Part shown: in pieces, positions 56,647-64,000 of the stretch | Layout: the number at the start of each line of letters is the position of its first letter | How positions within the stretch are numbered: the first letter of the stretch is position 1 | Assembly: GCA_963848295.1 (NCBI GenBank) | Contig: CAWKDB010000010.1 | Span: 3,968,001 to 4,032,000, forward strand | Length of the DNA: 64,000 nt | Source of the DNA: an uncultured delta proteobacterium | Lineage (GTDB): Bacteria; Myxococcota_A; Polyangia; Haliangiales; Haliangiaceae | Direction of reading: 5' to 3' | Position numbers and translations under genes: made by a program | Notes under the pieces: generated by a model | The model's input: the letters and a program-made list of their open reading frames with translations, nothing else | Told to the model about the DNA's origin: nothing | The model's database searches: none

Positions 56647-57732
56647 CTACTGCTGGTCGAGCAGGTAGACCATCAAGTAGCCCTCCGCCGTGCGGCGGGG
56701 GCCCGGGGCGCCGGCCATCAACCGGAAGTCGGCGGCGAGCTGGCGGCGCTGATAGCTGCGGTACAGCGCCATCGGATCGACCTCGTGCGAGTGCTCGAGG
56801 TCCTCGATCTGACGGCCGAGGATCTCGGCGGCCCACGCGGGGCTCGCCGCGCCGATGCCGTGTTGTTGCATCGCGCGGCGCAGGATCGTGAGCTCTTCGC
56901 TCGTCATGTTGAACAGGAACTCTTCGAACGCGGCGCTCTCGTCGATGCTCATCCCGTCGCGGCCGAAGAAATCCAAGACCTCGGGGCTGCAGTCCTCGGT
57001 GACAAGGCGGAACGTCTCGGTCGCTCCGAGCAGCGTGCCGTACGCGCTGTTGATCCGGTTGCGCGCATGCCACGCCGACTCGAGCAACGGCGCGAAGTCG
57101 TCGATCTCGAGCGCGGCGTCGTCCCAGATCGTGATCAGCTGATCGGCGGCGCGCTGCTTCGTCCGGCGCGTGACGTCGGGCTTGCGCAGCAGCGCGAGCA
57201 GCAGCTCCTCGGCGAGCAGCGTGTAGATCGATTGCGCGACCTCTTCGCGCAGCTCGTGGGTCATCCGCACCGCGGTCGGCACATCGGAGAGCGCGGCGGT
57301 CGCTTTGACGAAGCCGCGCAGGAAGTTGATCTTCGTCAACAAGTGAGTGCGCGACAACGTCGCCTTGAGCGGCAGCGCGAGGTCGCCGGACAGACCGTCG
57401 ATCGTGCACAGGTGATCGATCAGGGTCTGCTCGTCGCGCGGCTCGCCGCCGAGCGCGGTCGGCCGGCGCAGGGGACGCTGGCGATCGAGCAGCTCGGACG
57501 TCGCGCGCAGCTCGCCGATCAGCGCCTGCAGGATCGCGGCATCGCTCGGCGATCGCACCGCGACCGTAGACATCGCCTCTTCGACCAGCTCCGATTCATG
57601 GCGGTCGAGGACGCTCACGGCAAAGGCTTGCGCCGACATCGCCATGCCGGATGAAGCTAGCACGGGACCCGGCGATCCGGCGGTGGGACCGGTTTGCGGC
57701 GGCTTCGTTGGGCTACGACTGGGGTACGACAT
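56647..57732 (-). CDS. Helical cytoplasmic hypothetical protein
   Basis: Long ORF with strong codon bias; no family recognised with confidence. Confidence 0.75.
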   Translation of the reverse strand: MSYPSRSPTKPPQTGPTAGSPGPVLASSGMAMSAQAFAVSVLDRHESELVEEAMSTVAVRSPSDAAILQALIGELRATSELLDRQRPLRRPTALGGEPRDEQTLIDHLCTIDGLSGDLALPLKATLSRTHLLTKINFLRGFVKATAALSDVPTAVRMTHELREEVAQSIYTLLAEELLLALLRKPDVTRRTKQRAADQLITIWDDAALEIDDFAPLLESAWHARNRINSAYGTLLGATETFRLVTEDCSPEVLDFFGRDGMSIDESAAFEEFLFNMTSEELTILRRAMQQHGIGAASPAWAAEILGRQIEDLEHSHEVDPMALYRSYQRRQLAADFRLMAGAPGPRRTAEGYLMVYLLDQQ

Positions 57733-57743
57733 CGTGCGCTCTG

Positions 57744-58382
57744 CTAGTCAGTAGGACTCTGAGTCGCCGCCACCCGCTCGCGCCGCCGACGTACCACGAA
57801 ACGAAACGCGAGGGCGGCGAGGGCCAAAATAATCACGATGCCGACGATCACGTCGACCCGCTTCAGGGTCTCGGCGACGTCGTCCCACCGGGCGCCGAGC
57901 TCGTAGCCGATGAAGATCAGGGTCGTCCCCCAGAGCGTCGAGCCGATGAACGTCTGAGTAAAGAACGGCACGAGCGGCATCCGCGCGATACCGGCCGGAA
58001 TCGAGATGATGTGGCGGATGACCGGTAGGAACCGGCCGATCAGGATCGTCGCCTTGCCGTGCTTGGAAAAGAACGTCTCGGTCTTCTCGAGATCCTTCGC
58101 GCGGATCAGCACGTACCTGCCGTACTTCACGAGCAGTGGCTTGCCGCCGGCAGCTCCCAGCCAGTAGCACAGGCCGGATCCGATCAGCGCGGCGGTGCTG
58201 TTGATCACGATGATGACCGGCAGCGAGAAGTCGCCCCGCGAGGCCATGTAGCCGGCAAACGGCATCACGAGCTCCGACGGGATCGGGATCAACGTGCTCT
58301 CGAGGAGGATCAGCATGAACAGCCCGGGATAGCCGAGGTTGGCGACGATCCCCTGGACGTAATGCGCGAACTGCTCGAGCAC
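57744..58382 (-). CDS. DedA family membrane protein
   Basis: LES..IPIPSELVMPFAG and GRFLPVIRHIISIPAG motifs. Confidence 0.9.
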   Translation of the reverse strand: MLEQFAHYVQGIVANLGYPGLFMLILLESTLIPIPSELVMPFAGYMASRGDFSLPVIIVINSTAALIGSGLCYWLGAAGGKPLLVKYGRYVLIRAKDLEKTETFFSKHGKATILIGRFLPVIRHIISIPAGIARMPLVPFFTQTFIGSTLWGTTLIFIGYELGARWDDVAETLKRVDVIVGIVIILALAALAFRFVVRRRRERVAATQSPTD

Positions 58383-58452
58383 GAAGCCGTGTTCTAGACG
58401 AGTCTTGAGCCCCTGGCTACAACTCAGCTCGAAAACCACGTCCCCGCGACGG

Positions 58453-59226
58453 TCAGCGTGTCTGGTTCCTCACCAGCGCTCGGCACTTCTTGTCCGCGCC
58501 CGGCTGCATGCCCCGCGTGTTCATCTTGTCCACGAGCTCGCTGCAGAAGTGGTCGCGGTTGGTCCCGCTGGGAAGCGACGGGCGCGAGCAAGCGGCACGG
58601 ACATAGTCAGCGCACGGCTTCGGCAGCGCGAGCGACAGGCGAGTCACCGGATCGGCGTCGGCTATGGCCTTGGGTTTGGCCGCCGGAGCCGGAGCGGTCG
58701 AGACGGCGGGGGGCGATGACGAGTCGCCCGGTCGGACGTGGGCGTGCACGCCGCCCTTGACGGTCGCGAGCGCGCTGCACAGCACCTCGTCGCCGATCGG
58801 GTCGTCGCCGTTCACCGGCGTCATGCCCATGATCTCGGGTTCGCCGTAGCGTCCGCCGCCGAGGTGCTCGCGGGCGAGGCGCACGTCGTAGGGCGGTGAC
58901 GCGCGCGGGCTCAAGAAGCACTTGTTCTGCGCCGGCATATAGAAGACGTACAGCAGACTGACGGCCTTGCGGATCGGCTCGCCGGTCGGGCCGCGCTCGA
59001 TCCCGTACGACGCGCCGCGGACGCCGGCCCAGCGCAACTGGACCTTCCCGTTGTATTCGGCGAAGTACGCGTCGCTGTGGTCGACCGCGATCTGGAGATC
59101 GCTGTCGAGGGGCGAAGTCCAATCGTCGTCGATCGTCTGGACGACCACGGGGCGAAATAGTGCGCAGCCGGAACTGGGTGTCATGGCGAGCACGGCGAGG
59201 ATGAACGGGATCAGCGTGCGATTCAT
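58453..59226 (-). CDS. Lipoprotein of unknown function
   Basis: MNRTLIPFILAVLAMTPSSGC lipobox; C-terminal Cys-containing helical domain. Confidence 0.6.
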   Translation of the reverse strand: MNRTLIPFILAVLAMTPSSGCALFRPVVVQTIDDDWTSPLDSDLQIAVDHSDAYFAEYNGKVQLRWAGVRGASYGIERGPTGEPIRKAVSLLYVFYMPAQNKCFLSPRASPPYDVRLAREHLGGGRYGEPEIMGMTPVNGDDPIGDEVLCSALATVKGGVHAHVRPGDSSSPPAVSTAPAPAAKPKAIADADPVTRLSLALPKPCADYVRAACSRPSLPSGTNRDHFCSELVDKMNTRGMQPGADKKCRALVRNQTR

Positions 59227-59345
59227 GAGCGGACGAGCCGCGAGCTCCACCGCGGTCGCACGACTCGTGCGGGGGGCGACGTTACATTCGTGTGCCGCCG
59301 CGCTTATTACGTCGAGCGCCGCCGGTGCATAGTAATAACTCCGTC

Positions 59346-62126
59346 GTGCAGTGCCCGGCGCCGGAACGCTTGTTCGTCCTGGATCACGAGCTCGAGCAGC
59401 ACATCGATGGCTGCGGAGAGTGCAGAGCCGCGGTGTCAGCGCTCGCGATGGGGGAGGCACCGGCAGCCACGTTCGGACGCTATCGAGTCGAAGCCGTGCT
59501 CGGGTCGGGTGGGATGGGGATCGTCTACGGCGGCTGGGATCCCCTGCTCGAGCGCGCGGTCGCGATCAAAGTGGTCCGCAACACCGACGACGAGGCGGGG
59601 CGAGCGCGCTTGGTTCGCGAAGCCCAGAGCCTCGCGCGACTATCGCATCGCAACGTCTGTCAGGTCTACGACGCGGGCAGCGATGGCGACGAGGTCTGGG
59701 TTGCGATGGAGCGCATCGATGGCGTCACGCTGCGCGAATACGGTCGGCGCGGTGGGACGTTGATCCCGGCCTTACTCGATGCCGCCGATGGCCTCGCGGC
59801 CGCACACGCCGCGGGCATCGTGCACCGCGACGTCAAGCCCGAGAACGTGCTCGTCGCGCGCGACGGTCGTGGCGTCGTCACCGACTTCGGGCTCGCTCGC
59901 GTGGCGCCGGCCGGGGAGCTACCGAGTCATGGCGAACCGACCGCGAGCACGCTCGGTGGCACGCCGGCGTACCTCGCGCCCGAGCAACTCGCGGGGGCGC
60001 CGGCCGATGCGCGCTCGGATCAGTACGCGTGGGCGGTCACCGCGTGGGAGCTGCTCGTGGGCGAGCGGCCGGTCCCGGGCGTCGCGTCGCCTCCGCGAGC
60101 GATGTCGCGCCACCTCGCGTCGGCGCTGCGTCGTGCGCTGTCGCAGGATCCAGAGTCGCGATTCTCGTCGATGAACGCGTTGACCTCGGCGATCCGCCCT
60201 CGCAAGCGTCGGTGGCTGATCGCGCTCGCTGCTTCCGCGGCACTCGCAACGCTAGGGGCCTGGATGCTGGGGAAGCCCGATGCGCTCGATCCGGTCGCGA
60301 CGTGCGAGCTTGCAGCAGATCGGGTGGACGCGGTGTGGAACGCCGGCCGGGCCGCCGAGCTGCGGCGCGCGTTCGTCGCGACGAACCAGGGTTTTGCAGC
60401 GGAAAGCGCGGATCGCGTCGCAGCCGTGCTCGATCGCTACGCGATCCGGTTTCGCCGCGACACGGTCGAGGCGTGCCAGTCGACGTTTGTTCACCGCGAA
60501 GCTTCGGAGCGCGCGTTCGATCTCCAAAGCGAGTGTCTCGCTCACGGGCTCGCTCGCGTCGATCAATTGATCGAGCAGCTGAGCCACCCCGATCGCGAGA
60601 CGATCGTCCACGCGATCGATGCGGCACACTCGGCGACCTCGCCGGGCTCGTGTCGCGACGTGCCGCTGTTACTAGCGCGAGAGGAAGAGCCGACCGACCC
60701 GCGCACGAGAGCGGCGATCGCCGGCGCGCGGGCGAAGCTCGATCAGGCGGCCGCGCTCGACGAGGTCGGGCGGCCCGAGCAGAGCCTCGCGGTCGCGAAC
60801 GATGCGGCCGCGGTGGCCGAAACGACGAGCTACAACCCGCTCCGGGCTGAAGCTGCGTACCGCGTCGGCGTCGAGCTCCGCGCGCTCGGCGATATCAAGC
60901 GCGCCGAGCCGACTTTCCAGCGGGCGGCGGTCGACGCCGAAGCCGGGCGCGACGATCGACTTGCCGCTTCCGCGTGGACCCGTTTGATGTCGGTCGCGGG
61001 CGCGCGCGCGGACTACGACGAAGCCCTTCGGCGCGGCGAGCAAGCCGCGGCCAAGCTCCAGCGGATCGGGAATCCACCGGATGCGCTCGGCTATTTCTAC
61101 GCCGTGCGCGGGAGTGTCGAGAGCGCGCGTGGTGATCTCGCCGGTGCGCGGACCGACCTCGAACGCGCCCTGTCCGTGCTCGAGCCGCTCGGCGTGGACC
61201 GGCCTCGCGTGGTGTCGACGCTCGGCTCGCTGGCGCGGGTCTACGGCGAGCTCGGGCGTCACGATCTCGCACTCGTCACCGCCGAGCGCGCGGCGCGCCT
61301 CGCGGAAGAGGTGATGGGGCCGGACCACCCGAGTCTCGCGGCTCCGCTGCAAGGGCTCGCCTTCGAACAGGGCCATGCCGGTCGACATCAGATGGCGATC
61401 GCCACGCTCGAACGGGTGCTCGCGATCCGGTCGCATGCGTTCGGCGATGATGCGGCGCTCCTCGCCGGACCCCTCAACGATCTCGCTGGTGAGCTCGTCG
61501 CGATCGGCGATACGGCCACGGCCGAGGCCAGGCTCGAGCGCGCGCTCGCGATCGACATGAAGGCCCTCGGCCAGGACCATCCGGCCACGGTCGGCGTCGA
61601 GATCAACCTCGCGAGCCTCGAGATCTCGCAACGTCCACGCGACGCGATCGCGCACCTCGAGCACGCGCTCGCGGTCCGCATCGCGAAGGATCCCGAGAGC
61701 ACCGGCGTGGCGCTCGCGCTGACCCGACTGGCTGACGCGGAGCGAGTGGTCGGAGAGCGAACCGCGGCGCGCAAAGGCTACGCGCGCGCGATCGCGCTGT
61801 TCGGGGCGAAGCTCGGCGCCGATCATCCGCACGTCGCGATGGTATGGCACGCGGTCGCGCAGCTCGAGCTCGAGGCCGGGAACCGCACGGCCGCAGTCGC
61901 TGCGCTCGAACACGCGGTTGCGATCGACGATCGCGGACAGCGCGAACCAGACGAAGCTGCCGACGATCGGTTCTTGCTCGCGCAACAGCTGGGGCGGCAA
62001 GACCCGGTCCGGGCCCGCGCTCTCGCGGTCGCCGCACGCGATGGGCTGGTCGGGATCGACGGCGGCGATGACTCGCGCCGCGCGATCGAAGCCTGGCTCG
62101 CGGCGCACCCGCTCGCGTCGCGCTGA
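59346..62126 (+). CDS. Membrane Ser/Thr kinase with N-terminal HxxxCxxC and C-terminal TPRs
   Basis: HIDGCGEC, GSGGMG, HRDVKPEN, DFG and GTPAYLAPE motifs; TM; GPDHP-type TPR repeats. Confidence 0.9.
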   Translation: MQCPAPERLFVLDHELEQHIDGCGECRAAVSALAMGEAPAATFGRYRVEAVLGSGGMGIVYGGWDPLLERAVAIKVVRNTDDEAGRARLVREAQSLARLSHRNVCQVYDAGSDGDEVWVAMERIDGVTLREYGRRGGTLIPALLDAADGLAAAHAAGIVHRDVKPENVLVARDGRGVVTDFGLARVAPAGELPSHGEPTASTLGGTPAYLAPEQLAGAPADARSDQYAWAVTAWELLVGERPVPGVASPPRAMSRHLASALRRALSQDPESRFSSMNALTSAIRPRKRRWLIALAASAALATLGAWMLGKPDALDPVATCELAADRVDAVWNAGRAAELRRAFVATNQGFAAESADRVAAVLDRYAIRFRRDTVEACQSTFVHREASERAFDLQSECLAHGLARVDQLIEQLSHPDRETIVHAIDAAHSATSPGSCRDVPLLLAREEEPTDPRTRAAIAGARAKLDQAAALDEVGRPEQSLAVANDAAAVAETTSYNPLRAEAAYRVGVELRALGDIKRAEPTFQRAAVDAEAGRDDRLAASAWTRLMSVAGARADYDEALRRGEQAAAKLQRIGNPPDALGYFYAVRGSVESARGDLAGARTDLERALSVLEPLGVDRPRVVSTLGSLARVYGELGRHDLALVTAERAARLAEEVMGPDHPSLAAPLQGLAFEQGHAGRHQMAIATLERVLAIRSHAFGDDAALLAGPLNDLAGELVAIGDTATAEARLERALAIDMKALGQDHPATVGVEINLASLEISQRPRDAIAHLEHALAVRIAKDPESTGVALALTRLADAERVVGERTAARKGYARAIALFGAKLGADHPHVAMVWHAVAQLELEAGNRTAAVAALEHAVAIDDRGQREPDEAADDRFLLAQQLGRQDPVRARALAVAARDGLVGIDGGDDSRRAIEAWLAAHPLASR

Positions 62127-62197
62127 CACTCAGGCGTTACATCGCGAGCGTCGATTGTGCGCGACCAGGAGCTGGCGACGGGCTCGACCTCTCAACC

Positions 62198-62764
62198 ATG
62201 CCCACGTCAAAGCACGTCTCGTACTCGTTCCTTCGACCCACGCTTGTGCTCGCCGCGTTACTCGCGTTCGGCGCGTGCACCGAGGAGCGCCGTACCTACT
62301 CGACTCCCGACGCCGAACGCCCGGATAGCACCGAGACGCCACCGCCTGACGCGGGCGCTGGGCCCGAGGCGTTCGTGAAGCACGGCGATGACGGCCTCGT
62401 GAGCTGCGCGACGTACTGTGCCGGCGCGGAGTGGGGGCGAGTCGGCTCCTGCCTCGGCACCGCGGCGCTTAGCTTCCCGTGCGACCAGGCCATGGGGCTG
62501 CTCACGAACGGCGTCGAGCAACGCTGCACGTGCGACGCGGGCGGCACGTTCATCAAGGACGGCGACAATGGCACCGCGTCGTGCGATGTGTTCTGTGGCG
62601 GTTCGCAGTGGGGCAAGGTCGGAAGCTGCGTCGACTCCGAGTTGCAAACGAACGCGAGCGCGACCATCGCGGGCCAGGCCGTCGCCTACGATGCCGACTG
62701 CTCGGTCACCCCGGGGCTCATTCGCAATGGCGCCGAGCTGACGTGTATCTGCGCCGCCGACTGA
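62198..62764 (+). CDS. Cys-rich lipoprotein with two internal repeats
   Basis: FGAC lipobox; FVKHGDDGLVSCATYCAGAEWGRVGSC and FIKDGDNGTASCDVFCGGSQWGKVGSC. Confidence 0.7.
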   Translation: MPTSKHVSYSFLRPTLVLAALLAFGACTEERRTYSTPDAERPDSTETPPPDAGAGPEAFVKHGDDGLVSCATYCAGAEWGRVGSCLGTAALSFPCDQAMGLLTNGVEQRCTCDAGGTFIKDGDNGTASCDVFCGGSQWGKVGSCVDSELQTNASATIAGQAVAYDADCSVTPGLIRNGAELTCICAAD

Positions 62765-62825
62765 CCGTCACCGTCGCAACGCTGTAACGCGCGTTCGCGC
62801 CGGGCCGTGTCAGGATGCGCGCGAG

Positions 62826-63689
62826 ATGCGCGAGCTAGCCTCCACGTCGTGGACACCCGATCCCAGCCTCGATCGAATTGCTGCGGCGGTAGGGCGGATC
62901 GGTGCGGCCGGACGTGCGTCGTTTCCCGCGATCGTCCTTGCCGATTCCGCGATCGCGCAACGCCTCGCGCGGATGCTTCACGAGGATCCAGGGGCGCAGC
63001 TCGAAGCACTGCACGATGCCGACGTCTACCTCGCCATCGCGCTCGCCGCGGGAATCCCGGAGGCGCTGTGCACGTTCGAGGACACCCTCGTGCCTCAGAT
63101 GACGCTCGCGCTCCGGCGGCTGCGCATCCCCAACGGCGTGGCGGACGACGTGAAGCAGGCGTTGCGCGTCGAGCTCCTCGTCGACGGTCCGTCGCCGGGC
63201 TCGGGCGCGAGGATCGCGGACTACGCAGGACGCGGCGAGCTCGCGGCCTGGCTACGCGTCACCGCGACTCGCAAAGCGCTCAAGCTCGCCCGGCGGGCGC
63301 AACGCGACGAGGAGCTCGACGAGCTCGCGCTCGATCAATGGCCAGGCGCAACGCCCGATCCAGAACGCACGCACATTCGCAACCACTACGCCGACGAGCT
63401 CAAGCGAGCGCTCGCCGAGGCGTTTGCCGCTCTCGATGTTCGCCAACGCAACCTGCTCCGGCAGCACGTCATCGACGACCTCACGATCGACGACCTCGCG
63501 CGGCTCTACCAGGTTCACCGCGCGACCTGTGCTCGCTGGCTTGCCGACGCGCGCGCCGAGCTCGGCCGCGGCACGCGCAAGCGACTCGTCGCAACGCTCC
63601 GGGCGCCCGCCGTCGAGGTCGACAGCTTGCTGCGCTTCCTCGACAGCGACATCGAGCTGTCGATCTCGCGGATCATGCACACCCGCTAG
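62826..63689 (+). CDS. Myxococcal-type ECF sigma-70 factor (TIGR03001-like)
   Basis: LHDADVYLA, YAGRGELAAWLRV, RNLLRQH..LTIDDLARLYQVHRAT.ARW and LSISR motifs. Confidence 0.85.
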   Translation: MRELASTSWTPDPSLDRIAAAVGRIGAAGRASFPAIVLADSAIAQRLARMLHEDPGAQLEALHDADVYLAIALAAGIPEALCTFEDTLVPQMTLALRRLRIPNGVADDVKQALRVELLVDGPSPGSGARIADYAGRGELAAWLRVTATRKALKLARRAQRDEELDELALDQWPGATPDPERTHIRNHYADELKRALAEAFAALDVRQRNLLRQHVIDDLTIDDLARLYQVHRATCARWLADARAELGRGTRKRLVATLRAPAVEVDSLLRFLDSDIELSISRIMHTR

Positions 63690-64000
63690 ATGCCCTTGCC
63701 GCCGGTGCGATTGCGGTAGACGAGCGCGGCGCAGAATCCGGCGGCCATCGCGGCCGAGCCGAGCAGCAGCACGAAGATCACGAGCAGGCTGTCGTGCTGC
63801 GGGTCGTAGACGCGCGAGATCACCAGCTCCTGGACGATCGATCCCAGGCTGCCGAACCCCGAGATCACGGCGGCGGCGAAGGTCGCGGCGCGGCGACCGC
63901 CGATGTCCATGGCGCCGGCGCCGGTGAGCAGTGCGTCCGGGCCGTAGACCGAGAACCCGACCAGCGCGAGCACCGGGACAAACAGCGCGAGGCTCGCGTC
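63686..64000 (-). CDS. MFS transporter (GlpT/UhpC-like), partial 3' end
   Basis: YGPDALLTGAGAMD..AAAVISGFGSLG motif. Confidence 0.75.
   Translation of the reverse strand, partial: DASLALFVPVLALVGFSVYGPDALLTGAGAMDIGGRRAATFAAAVISGFGSLGSIVQELVISRVYDPQHDSLLVIFVLLLGSAAMAAGFCAALVYRNRTGGKGI

Noticed and set aside
54703..57654. 983-aa plus-strand ORF and similar long Arg/Ala-rich ORFs (e.g. 51668-53866, 33472-35460, 39400-41121)
   Set aside because: Antisense or alternative-frame shadows of real genes in high-GC DNA, with no motifs.

Overview
High-GC chromosomal window whose gene content (many lipoproteins, Ser/Thr kinases, an FHA/sigma-54 activator, a myxococcal-type ECF sigma factor) points to Myxococcota, probably Kofleriaceae/Haliangiales-like; this taxonomy is inference. 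It holds about 55 CDS. These include a split SOS mutasome (imuB and dnaE2, each with its own LexA-type box), polyamine genes (ureohydrolase/agmatinase, carboxyspermidine dehydrogenase and decarboxylase), polyphosphate genes (CHAD, PPK2), gor, bcp, prfC and several kinases. The best-supported unusual structure is a 3252-bp IS256-family element (17718-20969). It has imperfect 23-bp terminal IRs and a perfect 8-bp target duplication (CAGGTGCT), interrupts an exported-protein gene, and carries a 566-aa passenger gene with CSD-like, DUF4261-like and SUFU-like regions. The passenger is bracketed by a 38-bp direct repeat of the transposase 3' end. Other candidates for undescribed systems are: a DUF2252 lipoprotein/porin/lamin-tail operon behind 11-bp-periodic Pho-box-like repeats; a GNAT/PlsC/ureohydrolase operon (possible amino- or polyamine-lipid pathway) whose GNAT carries an in-frame double-hairpin insertion; a His-less truncated PtsP-like GAF protein; and a set of apparently leaderless sigma-54 promoters. 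Several conserved genes carry +1/+2 frameshifts that look like sequencing insertion errors. No rRNA, tRNA or CRISPR array was seen. All family assignments come from motif recognition by eye, not database searches.
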